From assembly GCA_036385235.1 (NCBI GenBank), contig DASVKT010000325.1, positions 1-28,609 on the forward strand: 28,609 nucleotides of DNA, written 5' to 3'. Position numbers and translations under genes: made by a program. Below the pieces are notes generated by a model. That model was given only the letters and a program-made list of their open reading frames with translations, was not told the origin of the DNA and searched no databases. This document shows positions 1 to 8,750 of the stretch, in pieces. This DNA comes from Candidatus Limnocylindrales bacterium (GTDB lineage: Bacteria > Chloroflexota > Limnocylindria > Limnocylindrales > CSP1-4). Position 1 is the stretch's first letter, and each line of letters begins with the position of its first letter.

Positions 1-28
1 GGCCGAGGCGGAGTAGCGCCCCGCCCGG

Positions 29-246
29 ATCGTGCGAATGTCCGGCGGGGCCGGACAAGAATCAGGCCGTCGGCAGGATCGACCGGGCCCGGCCCCTCGG
101 CTGGGCATTGATTCCTCGCCCCGACACCCATGAATCCGGCCTTGACGCCCAGATTCGGACCAAGGCAGGCGCTTTCGAAAGACCGGTCGACGTTGATCAC
201 GCGTCCGGCGCTGAAGTTGTCCGCCCCAGCCGGACAAACGCACAAT
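29..246. mobile_element. ~218-bp intergenic element bounded by 30-bp imperfect inverted repeats (REPIN/MITE-like)
   Basis: Left arm 29-58 atcgtgcgaatgtccggcggggccggacaa matches the reverse complement of the right arm 217-246 at 25/30. Each arm contains an internal tgtccg..cggaca palindrome. Confidence 0.5.
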
Positions 247-254
247 GTGGGCAC

Positions 255-309
255 CCGGCCACGGCCACTCCGGCTTTCAAGCAACCGGCCCCGGCCACTC
301 CGGCTTCCA
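255..309. repeat. 30-bp tandem repeat, about 2 copies
   Basis: ccggcc(a/c)cggccactccggctt starts at 255 and again at 285. Confidence 0.7.
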
Positions 310-385
310 AACAGAAGGTCATGGCCCCAACCGGCCCCTCGGTCGTGGGAATGCCCGGGCGGCCGGCCTCCGCTACCATCCATGA

Positions 386-1846
386 GTGAGTCGACCACTT
401 CTGGCCGTGCACGGCCACTTCTATCAGCCTGAGCGTCGCGACCCCTTTACCGGGGAGATTGCGCCTCAGCCTGCCGCCGCGCCCTACCGCGACTGGAATG
501 CCCGGATCAACGCCGAGTGCTACAAACCCAACGCGGAACGCGGGAACCTCCTCCACGCCTCCTACGATCTGGGTCCAACCCTTGCCAGCTGGCTGGCCTC
601 CCACGACGCCTCGACCCACAAAGGCTTCGTGGACTCGGACATAGCGCCAACGGCGGACGGGCCGGACTACGGCAACGCCATGGCCCAGGCCTACCACCAC
701 GCGATCCTACCGCTGGCCTCGCTGGCGGATCGCCGCACCGAAATCCGCTGGGGTTTGCGCGACTTTGAGTTGCGCTTTGGGCGCCGCCCCACCGGAATCT
801 GGCTGCCGGAGACAGCCGTGGACATGCCCACCCTTCGGATCGTGGTGGACGAGGGCGTCAAGTACACGATCCTGGCGCCCTGGCAGGCCGTCGACTCTCG
901 CCTGGACACGCGGCGGCCGTATCGCGTGGAACTCGGCGGCGGCAAGGCGATCGTCGTGGTCTTCTACGATGCCGCGCTCTCCGCGTCCGCCTCCTTCGAA
1001 TCCGATGCCACGATGGACGCCGACCGCTTTGCGCGGGAGCGGGTCCTGCCGCGTATCGCCGGCCCGAGCTTTGCCGACGGGACGCCGCGCATGGCCGTCA
1101 TCGCCACGGACGGCGAGCTGTACGGCCACCACCAGAAGTTCCGCGATCTGTTCCTGGCACGACTCGTGAACCCGGGTCCTCACGCACCGGACCACGGCTT
1201 TGACGTGACCACGCTCGGACAAGCCATCGGCGGGACTCCGGTGGGCATGTTCCCGGAAACGAGCGTTGCCGAGCGGACTTCATGGAGCTGCCATCACGGC
1301 GTCTTGCGCTGGACGGGCGAATGCCCGGACGCCTCCGACGGCCGCTGGAAGGGGCCGCTCCGCGTCGCTCTGGAGCGGCACGCGTCCGCGCTCGACACGG
1401 TGGCCGGCGGACTCGCCTCAGACTTCATGGACCCCGCGGCGCTCTGGCAAGCTCGCGACGACTACATCGAGGTGGCCTACGGGGCCGAGACGGCCGAGAG
1501 CTTTGCGCGGCGTTGGCTGCCACTCGCCGATGAGGACCAGCGCGCCTGCTTCATAACGTTGATGGCTGCCGAACACTGGCGTCTGGCGATGTTCGCCAGC
1601 GACGGCTGGTTCTGGGACGACCCGATCCGGCCGGAGACAAAGCAGGTCCTGATGTGCGCCACTCGCTCCGCCCGGCTCATCGACGCCGAAGCCGGAACGG
1701 ATCTCGAGGGTCGTCTCACGGACGATCTCGGGCTCTTCGTCTCGCCCTCGCGTCGCGTTACGGGGGCCGGGATATGCGCCGAGGCGCTGGAAGAAGCCGG
1801 GCAGCCGACGTACCACCGGAGCGGCAATAACGCCAGAATTCGGTAG
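386..1846 (+). CDS. GH57-family glycoside hydrolase, DUF3536-type
   Basis: HGHFYQP N-terminal motif, GIWLPE nucleophile region, TDGELYGHH acid/base region, SWSCxHGVxRW and MFASDGWFWDD. GTG start lies 6 nt after TACCAT (374-379). Confidence 0.88.
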   Translation: MSRPLLAVHGHFYQPERRDPFTGEIAPQPAAAPYRDWNARINAECYKPNAERGNLLHASYDLGPTLASWLASHDASTHKGFVDSDIAPTADGPDYGNAMAQAYHHAILPLASLADRRTEIRWGLRDFELRFGRRPTGIWLPETAVDMPTLRIVVDEGVKYTILAPWQAVDSRLDTRRPYRVELGGGKAIVVVFYDAALSASASFESDATMDADRFARERVLPRIAGPSFADGTPRMAVIATDGELYGHHQKFRDLFLARLVNPGPHAPDHGFDVTTLGQAIGGTPVGMFPETSVAERTSWSCHHGVLRWTGECPDASDGRWKGPLRVALERHASALDTVAGGLASDFMDPAALWQARDDYIEVAYGAETAESFARRWLPLADEDQRACFITLMAAEHWRLAMFASDGWFWDDPIRPETKQVLMCATRSARLIDAEAGTDLEGRLTDDLGLFVSPSRRVTGAGICAEALEEAGQPTYHRSGNNARIR

Positions 1847-2015
1847 GCGGCACGAGACACACGAGGCGAGGAAACGATCCTTCCCGGCGCCGCGGAGCCA
1901 GAAATGCTCGCACAGAGCGCGCGGGTCCTTTCTCGGCCCTGATAGACTCGCCCAGACCGACCAACGGCCCGGAATTCCGGGCCGCCGGCTCCGCTGACTA
2001 TTCGGAGCGCTTCCT

Positions 2016-5000
2016 GTGGCATTCGAGTTTCACATCTCGAGGGCGGCTCGCGTCCATTACGAGTTCGATCAGGCGCTCTTTCAGACGACCGGCAACGTGA
2101 TCATTCCGGATTTCCCCGCCTCCCGCGCCTTCGCCAAGCGCATGAACGACCGGAACGACACCACTCGCTATCCAGACCGGGTGGTGCACGCCGCGGAACT
2201 GAACGCCATGGGGTTGATCGACGAGATCCTCCACCATGCCGTTGAGATCTACCGCCGCACGGTCAACCCGCGCGTCATGTCGGACGCCATGTCAGCGCTG
2301 CTGGCCCAGCTCGAGCCGGACGTTCTGGATCACGCCCTGGCCCATTTCGTGGAGCAGTTCCCGCCGCTGATCGTCGTCAGAGGCGAGCAGACGCCGGTCG
2401 CCTACCTCGCCGGCGAGACCGAGGGCTACGCCAACCGGGAAATCGCGCTCGAAGAGTTGCTGATGCTCTGGCTGGCGAACGTGAACCCGGCCTTCGGCAC
2501 CTTCGATGAGCTCTTCGACGACGCGGACCTTACCGAGAAGACGGCCTACGAAGACCTGATCGCCGGCCTGCGCAACTTCTTCGACAACCAGCCGGGCTTC
2601 GGGCCGGAGGGGCTGTCGCTGATCGCCTTCCTTCGAGCGCCCGCCCTCGCTTCGCCGGATTCGCTGGCCGGCCAGCTTCGATACATGCGAACGCGCTGGG
2701 GCCTCGTCCTAACGAGCTTCCTGGACCGCCTCATCATCAGCCTGGATGTGCTGCACGAGGAAGAGGTCGCGCTGTGGATGCGGATGCATCCCACGCCCGG
2801 ACCTGCCGCCGGACATGGCGGCCCGGGCCTCGGCGGCCTGGAAAACGAGTACGAGCGCTTCAGCCAGGACCGCGAGTGGATGCCGCGCGTCGTGCTGATG
2901 GCCAAAACCACATACGTCTGGCTGGATCAGCTCTCAAAGCGCTACGGCCACCACATTCACCGCTTGGACCAGATCCCTGACGAAGAACTGGAGGCACTGG
3001 CCCGTCGCGGCTTCACCGGGCTGTGGCTCATCGGGCTTTGGGAGCGCAGCCGGGCCAGTCAGAAGATCAAGCAGTGGCGCGGCAATCCGGACGCGGCCGC
3101 GTCCGCCTACTCGCTGATGGACTACAACATCGCCGAGGATCTCGGCGGCGACGAGGCCTTCCAGCAGCTGCGCAGCCGCTGCGCCGGGCGTGGCATCCGC
3201 CTCAGCTCGGACATGGTTCCCAACCACATGGGCATCGACTCGCGCTGGGTCATCGAGCATCCGGACTGGTTCCTGAGCCTGCCGGACGCGCCGTATCCGA
3301 GCTACTCGTTCACGGGCGGCAATCTCTCGGACGACGACCGGGTGACGATCCAGATCGAGGACCACTACTGGAACAGCACCGACGCCGCGGTGGTCTTCAA
3401 ACGGACCGACAACTGGAGCGGCGACGCGCGCTACATCTACCACGGCAACGACGGAACGAGCATGCCGTGGAACGACACGGCTCAGCTGGATTACCTCAAC
3501 GGCGAAGTCCGCGAGGCCATCATCCAGACGATCCTCCACGTTGCCCGCCAGTTCCCGATCATCCGCTTCGACGCGGCCATGACCCTGGCGCGGCGCCACA
3601 TCCAGCGCCTCTGGTTCCCAGAGCCCGGGCAGGGCGGAGCCATTCCGAGCCGAGCTGAGCACGCCACCACCCGCGCGATCTTCGACCAGAAGATGCCCAA
3701 CGAGTTCTGGCGCGAGGTCGTGGACCGCGTTGCTGCGGAAGTGCCGGACACCCTGCTCCTGGCCGAGGCGTTCTGGCTCCTGGAGGGCTATTTCGTCCGC
3801 ACCCTGGGTATGCACCGCGTTTACAACAGCGCCTTCATGAACATGATGCGCGACGAGGAAAACGCGAGCTACCGCCAGGTCATCAAGGACACGATCGAGT
3901 TCGATCCGGAAGTCCTCAAGCGCTTCGTCAACTTCATGAGCAACCCGGACGAGCGCACCGCGGTGGATCAGTTCGCCAAGGGTGACAAGTACTTCGGCGT
4001 GGCGACGCTGATGGCCACGATGCCGGGTCTGCCGATGATCGGGCACGGACAGGTGGAAGGCTTCGCCGAGAAGTACGGCATGGAGTACCGCCGCGCGTAT
4101 CGCGACGAGAGCCCGGACGGCTGGCTCATCGAGCGCCACGAGCGCGAGATCTTCCCGCTCTTCCACCGCCGCTACCTCTTCGCCGAGGTCAACGACTTCC
4201 TGCTCTATGACGTCTACGATCCGGGCGGCTGGGTCAACGAAGACGTTTTCGCGTACTCGAACCGACACGCAGACGAGCACGCCCTGATCGTGTACCACAA
4301 CCGATTCGCCGAGGCGAAGGGTTGGATCAAGACCTCGGTTGGGTTCTCCGTTCCGAACGGAGGCGGCGGGCGGCGCATCATCCAGAAGTCGCTGGGTGAG
4401 GGACTGGGCCTCCATCCCCACGGCGACTGGTACACCCTGCTGCGCGAACAGCGCTCCGGCCTGGAGTTCGTCCGCCGATCTTCCGATCTGTGCCGCGACG
4501 GGCTCTACGTGGAGCTTCACGCCTACGGCTGCCAGGTCTTCCTCGATATCCGCGAAGTCGAGGACGGGCCTTCCGGGCAGCTTGGACGTCTGGCCGAAAA
4601 GCTGAACGGGGCCGGCGTTCCGAGTGTCCACAGCGCGATGCGCGAGATGCACCTCCAGCCGCTTCACGACGCCATTCGCGGGCTCACGGAGAACGGTTCC
4701 CTGCGCCGCGTGGCCGAAGCCGGTGCCGCTCGCGCGGCAGCTGCTGCGCCTGGCGTGGCGGCTCTGGATCTGGGGCTGCGCGGGCCGGAAACCGCAGCTG
4801 CCGGGCCGAAGCCCGGGATCGTGGCCGAGCCGCCGACGGTGGAGGCGCCGACGGTGGAGGCTTCAATCCCGGTGACCTCGAGCCTCGCGGTATCGGACGA
4901 TGAGCTGGCCCATGCCCTGGACGACACCCAGAGTCACGTTGCCCGCGCCCTGCGCGCCCTCGTGGATATAACCGGCGCCGCCGGCGATGTGGAGAGCGCC

Positions 5001-5609
5001 GCGGCCGGGTTCCGTACCGGACTGGAAGCGGCCCTCGGACTGCCGGCCCTGGGCCAGGAGAAGCTCAACGCCGGCCTCGTCGACGAGCGGACCTGGGTGG
5101 CCCTGATCGGCCGGCTCGTGTCCCGCGCCATCTCCGCGGTGGCGGAGGCGACGGACGCGTCCAGCAGCACCATTGACGAGCTTCAGCTCGGGTCCGTACT
5201 TGCGGGCGTATTCCGCGATCTCGGCCTGGACGACGGCGCCGCCTGGCGTCTCGTGGCCCTGATCCGGATGCTCGGCCACCTGCCGCTGCCGTCCTCAGTG
5301 GCGGGGCTGGCCGCCGCCGAACGAGCGCCGGCTCTGGTTCGGGCGCTGGTCGCGAACGAAGCGGTTCGGCCGTACATCCGCGTCAACGTGTGGGAAGGCG
5401 TCAACTGGTTCGACAAGGAGTCATTCACGCAGATGCTGTGGTGGATGCTCGCGCTGGACGCCACAGACGCCGTCGCTCAGGAACTTGGGACTCCCGCCCG
5501 TGTTACCCCGCGACTCAAGGCGTCTGAGAAGGTGACCACAACACTAGCCAAGGCGGCGAAGGCCTGTGGCTACCAGCTCGACAAGCTCGAGGCGGCGACG
5601 AAGGGCTAA
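2016..5609 (+). CDS. Large GH13 alpha-amylase-family glycoside hydrolase with N- and C-terminal extensions
   Basis: GH13 conserved regions DMVPNHMG, IRFDAAMTL (catalytic Asp), LLAEAFW (catalytic Glu) and FMSNPDE. 1197-aa ORF with GGAG upstream of the GTG. Confidence 0.88.
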   Translation: MAFEFHISRAARVHYEFDQALFQTTGNVIIPDFPASRAFAKRMNDRNDTTRYPDRVVHAAELNAMGLIDEILHHAVEIYRRTVNPRVMSDAMSALLAQLEPDVLDHALAHFVEQFPPLIVVRGEQTPVAYLAGETEGYANREIALEELLMLWLANVNPAFGTFDELFDDADLTEKTAYEDLIAGLRNFFDNQPGFGPEGLSLIAFLRAPALASPDSLAGQLRYMRTRWGLVLTSFLDRLIISLDVLHEEEVALWMRMHPTPGPAAGHGGPGLGGLENEYERFSQDREWMPRVVLMAKTTYVWLDQLSKRYGHHIHRLDQIPDEELEALARRGFTGLWLIGLWERSRASQKIKQWRGNPDAAASAYSLMDYNIAEDLGGDEAFQQLRSRCAGRGIRLSSDMVPNHMGIDSRWVIEHPDWFLSLPDAPYPSYSFTGGNLSDDDRVTIQIEDHYWNSTDAAVVFKRTDNWSGDARYIYHGNDGTSMPWNDTAQLDYLNGEVREAIIQTILHVARQFPIIRFDAAMTLARRHIQRLWFPEPGQGGAIPSRAEHATTRAIFDQKMPNEFWREVVDRVAAEVPDTLLLAEAFWLLEGYFVRTLGMHRVYNSAFMNMMRDEENASYRQVIKDTIEFDPEVLKRFVNFMSNPDERTAVDQFAKGDKYFGVATLMATMPGLPMIGHGQVEGFAEKYGMEYRRAYRDESPDGWLIERHEREIFPLFHRRYLFAEVNDFLLYDVYDPGGWVNEDVFAYSNRHADEHALIVYHNRFAEAKGWIKTSVGFSVPNGGGGRRIIQKSLGEGLGLHPHGDWYTLLREQRSGLEFVRRSSDLCRDGLYVELHAYGCQVFLDIREVEDGPSGQLGRLAEKLNGAGVPSVHSAMREMHLQPLHDAIRGLTENGSLRRVAEAGAARAAAAAPGVAALDLGLRGPETAAAGPKPGIVAEPPTVEAPTVEASIPVTSSLAVSDDELAHALDDTQSHVARALRALVDITGAAGDVESAAAGFRTGLEAALGLPALGQEKLNAGLVDERTWVALIGRLVSRAISAVAEATDASSSTIDELQLGSVLAGVFRDLGLDDGAAWRLVALIRMLGHLPLPSSVAGLAAAERAPALVRALVANEAVRPYIRVNVWEGVNWFDKESFTQMLWWMLALDATDAVAQELGTPARVTPRLKASEKVTTTLAKAAKACGYQLDKLEAATKG

Positions 5610-5672
5610 AGGTGACGGACTGAGGACGGCCCCGCGCCTCGCAAGCCTCAAGCGCCTCGAGCCCGGCGCAGC

Positions 5673-5866
5673 TTTCTCCGAGATACCCGGGACGGCGGTG
5701 TTATGTGGCGCCGTCCCGCCGGAGGATGCCGCGGAATCACCAATCGAGCCCGAAACGACCCTGATGAGCGCGCACCGGGCCAGAAATCGAGCCAATCCGG
5801 CCTGCCGGTCGGGCTCGCGATCCTGCGCCGCCACTTAGTACCGCCCCGGCGGGTGTCGCGGGCTTT
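5673..5866. mobile_element. ~194-bp inverted-repeat-bounded intergenic element, same family as 28201-28396
   Basis: First 17 nt (tttctccgagatacccg) are identical to 28201-28217. acttagtaccgccc at 5833-5846 is identical to 28363-28376. The two arms are imperfect reverse complements. It lies between convergent gene ends. Confidence 0.6.
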
Positions 5867-5881
5867 CGGCGCGCCCGAACC

Positions 5882-6538
5882 TCAGTTCAGATCCACGCCT
5901 GGGGAGCGCGGCCCCAGCACAGCCGCGGCCAGCGCGACGATCTCGGCGTGGACCTCATCCGCTGAGCGCGTCCCGTCGATGACGTGGACGACCTCGCCCT
6001 CGGCCGCGAGCCCGGCGATGGCCGCGTCATAAAGAGTCGCGATCCGGGCCAGCTGGTCGCGGTCCTCCTCGAACCGGTCGCGCGTCTCGCGGCTGCTGAA
6101 GCGGGCCATCCCCACCTCCGCCGGCACAGCCAGAAACACGGTCAGGTTCGGGCGGATGGCAAACCGATTGATCTCGCGCAGCCAGGCAGGATCGCAGGAG
6201 AGGGCCTGATAGGCCAGACTCGATAGGTAGTAGCGGTCGGTCACGACGGTAATCCCGCCGGCCAGCGCGGGCACAACTTCAGACGTGACGTGGTCCATCC
6301 TGTCGGCCGCGAAAGCAAGCGCCTCGGCCTCCGGACCGCCCAATTCGGCTTGCCTGCCCAGATGCCGGCGCAGGGCCTCACCGATCGGCCCTTTGGAGGG
6401 CTCGCAAGTGAAGACCGCAGGAATCCCGATGCTCGCCAGTCGGGCCAGCAGCATCTTCGTCTGCGTGGTGGAGCCGGAACCGTCGATCCCCTCGATGACG
6501 ATCAGGGCGCCGGGATGCGGGTTCTGGGGGTTGGTCAT
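5882..6538 (-). CDS. tmk: Thymidylate (dTMP) kinase with a variant P-loop
   Basis: IVIEGIDGSGSTTQ P-loop region, FTCEPS, FAADR, VVTDRYYLSSLAYQ and PNLTVFL motifs. Confidence 0.85.
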   Translation of the reverse strand: MTNPQNPHPGALIVIEGIDGSGSTTQTKMLLARLASIGIPAVFTCEPSKGPIGEALRRHLGRQAELGGPEAEALAFAADRMDHVTSEVVPALAGGITVVTDRYYLSSLAYQALSCDPAWLREINRFAIRPNLTVFLAVPAEVGMARFSSRETRDRFEEDRDQLARIATLYDAAIAGLAAEGEVVHVIDGTRSADEVHAEIVALAAAVLGPRSPGVDLN

Positions 6539-6716
6539 GACCCGGTGATTGTCGCAGCCCGGAAGGCGCCCGTGCGCGGTGGTTCCGGCTTGGGCTCAAC
6601 CCTACGAGCGCCGCCTCGCCAACATCCCGCCTCGCCAACATTCCAACGTCGCCGAAGCGGACCCGGCGACTCGGCGACTCGGCCGGGCGAGACCGGTCGC
6701 GTGGTAGGCTTCCGCG

Positions 6717-8390
6717 GTGCAAGAGAGGCGTCAGGGGAAGAGCGCCAATTCCCCGGGGAAACCGTTCGCGGCCGGACTCCGGCTGTCGCAGAAAGCGCTG
6801 ATCCTGTTCGGCGTCTTCGCAGTCGGACTGGTCGCCGCCGCGATCGTTTACAAGCCCCTCGGGACGCCCGCCATCGGCTACGACTCGGCTGCCTCGGTCC
6901 TCTACTTCGACCGGATCGCGGCCCATCAACCGCTGGAAGGCTGGGTCGCCTCAACCTCCAAGCCGCTCGCCACGCTCATCGATGGGCTGGCCTTCAATCT
7001 CACTCGCGACTGGCGGTCTCTCGCCGTAATTGCGACCGCCGAATACGCGTTCATGCTCATCGCGGTGGCCGCGCTGGCATGGCGGATTAGCGGACCGGTC
7101 GCCGCCGGCCTCGCCGCCGCCGGCCTGCTCGGTAGCAGCCTGCTCTTCAACGACGGGTCTCTGACCTACGCCACTCCATGGGCAATTCTCTTCTGGGCCC
7201 TGGCCGGACTGGCCTTGACGGGACGATCGCCCAGATACGGCCTGGCCGGCGTGGCGCTATTCCTCGGGGCGCTGATGCGGTTCGAGACGATGTTCATCAT
7301 GGGCCTGGCCGTGGTTGCCCTGGGCGCGTGGCGGCTGGCGCCCGCTGAATGGCTCGGCGACATTCCCCGCCCACCGCGCCGCGCTGCCCTGTTGCTGGTT
7401 GGCTTCGCCGCATTGCCGGTCATGCTCCTCCACGATTGGCTTCTCACCGGCAACGCGTTCTTCTGGCTGGACGTCTCGGCGATCGTGTCCAAGGCGGTGC
7501 CGGCGGCGGTGGAGTCGCCTGCCCGACTCGCCCAAACCCTCGGCAACCACTTCGCGGGCAACTGGGCCAGGCTCTTGATGCTCGCACTCGCCGCCGTGGG
7601 CACCTACGATCTCTTCCGGCGGCGCCAGATGGTCATCCTGATCGGTCTTGCGGCATGCGGCCCGGGCGTCGTCGCGTTCCTCGAGTTTCTCGCGTTCCGG
7701 AGTACGTACGTGTCCGGGCGGTACACCATTCCGGCCGATGCGGCCGTGGTGTTTGCCGCGGCAGTCGGGGCGCAGGCGCTTGTGGTCATGGCCACCGGGG
7801 CCGCGCGTCGCACCCGCAAGTCGCCATCTCGTCCGGTCGACGCCGAAGAGACCGCAGCGGCCCATGGGCGTTTCGGCCCGTTTGCAGCAATCGGCTGGGT
7901 GCTCGCCGGCGCAGTCATCGCCATCGTCATCGTCAGGCCGTACGGCCCGGTCGCGCAGGACACGCGGGCAACGGTAAATGCATCGATAGCCCTTCAGGCC
8001 GACGCCCGGCTCGCCATGCCGACCATCCAGAAAGCACTCGATGGGGATCGTCCGGCCTGGATCCAGACCGACGTCGAAAAGCCCAACCAGGGCCCGCCGC
8101 CGCGCGTCTGGGTCCCAAGTCTGCTGGTACCGATGTCGGCCGTGGACCTGGGTCTGCCCGTGTGGTCGGTGGGAAGCGGTTCGCCCATCACAGGCAATCC
8201 GTCGGGGCTCGCGGTCACCGTCAACACCATCGTCTTCATCGACCGGGACCAAGGCGGCGACATCGCTCAGGACAACGCTCCCTTTGAGGTAGACCGGGCT
8301 CTCACGGTGGGCGGCACGACGATCACGCCCCTGCTCAGCCTGCCGGAACAAGGCATCTGGGTCGTACTTCTGAGTCCCGCCGCGCCCTGA
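6717..8390 (+). CDS. Polytopic membrane protein, probable GT-C-fold (lipid-phosphate-sugar-dependent) glycosyltransferase
   Basis: About 11-13 hydrophobic segments, an acidic GYDS loop after the first TM and a C-terminal soluble domain. GTG lies 6 nt after TAGGCT (6705-6710). The function is an inference from topology. Confidence 0.55.
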   Translation: MQERRQGKSANSPGKPFAAGLRLSQKALILFGVFAVGLVAAAIVYKPLGTPAIGYDSAASVLYFDRIAAHQPLEGWVASTSKPLATLIDGLAFNLTRDWRSLAVIATAEYAFMLIAVAALAWRISGPVAAGLAAAGLLGSSLLFNDGSLTYATPWAILFWALAGLALTGRSPRYGLAGVALFLGALMRFETMFIMGLAVVALGAWRLAPAEWLGDIPRPPRRAALLLVGFAALPVMLLHDWLLTGNAFFWLDVSAIVSKAVPAAVESPARLAQTLGNHFAGNWARLLMLALAAVGTYDLFRRRQMVILIGLAACGPGVVAFLEFLAFRSTYVSGRYTIPADAAVVFAAAVGAQALVVMATGAARRTRKSPSRPVDAEETAAAHGRFGPFAAIGWVLAGAVIAIVIVRPYGPVAQDTRATVNASIALQADARLAMPTIQKALDGDRPAWIQTDVEKPNQGPPPRVWVPSLLVPMSAVDLGLPVWSVGSGSPITGNPSGLAVTVNTIVFIDRDQGGDIAQDNAPFEVDRALTVGGTTITPLLSLPEQGIWVVLLSPAAP

Positions 8391-8392
8391 GG

Positions 8393-8734
8393 CTAGGACC
8401 CGGGGCTGCCGCGCGGCTGTCTAGTCCGGCGGCTGATCGGCCTTACGAACGCGACCGGGCGGCCGGTCAGCATCCGGCGCAGGAACCAGATCGTCGGCAG
8501 CAGAAATAGGCAGGTGAGATGGCGCCAGTGGTTGACCGGGGTGCCCCTGACCAGCAGGGCATCGAACTCACCGGAGCGCCGAACCGAAGCGCCTGACCGA
8601 AGCCCGCCACTCGCGTGTCAGCTCGGCCACGCTGCGCCGCGGGACGGCAGCCCGCTGGGCATCGGTGGGACGCTGGCTGCCCTCCGCCGGGATTGAGCCG
8701 AATCTGTGCGGTTGGCTGCGGCTGGTTCGGCCAT
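8393..8734 (-). pseudogene. Probable decayed gene for a small membrane protein
   Basis: ATG at 8734 with a GGAGG RBS directly after the DUF885 stop. Protein-like segments TDAQRAAV.RRSVAELTREWRAS and SGEFDALLVRGTPVNHWRHLTCLFLLPTIWFLRR lie in different frames. A 13-nt near-duplication (8576-8601) sits at one junction. Confidence 0.35.
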
Positions 8735-8750
8735 GTCGGGCCTCCGCTGC

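Noticed and set aside
1967-1984. Perfect palindrome ggcccggaattccgggcc between the GH57 and GH13 genes
   Set aside because: It is a single short GC-rich palindrome with no U-tract and no second copy, so it cannot be told from chance or a generic hairpin.
2934-4667. 577-aa minus-strand ORF, and similar long antisense ORFs at 7257-8351, 10608-11825 and 12556-14370
   Set aside because: They are antisense shadows of well-supported genes in high-GC DNA and show no recognisable motifs.
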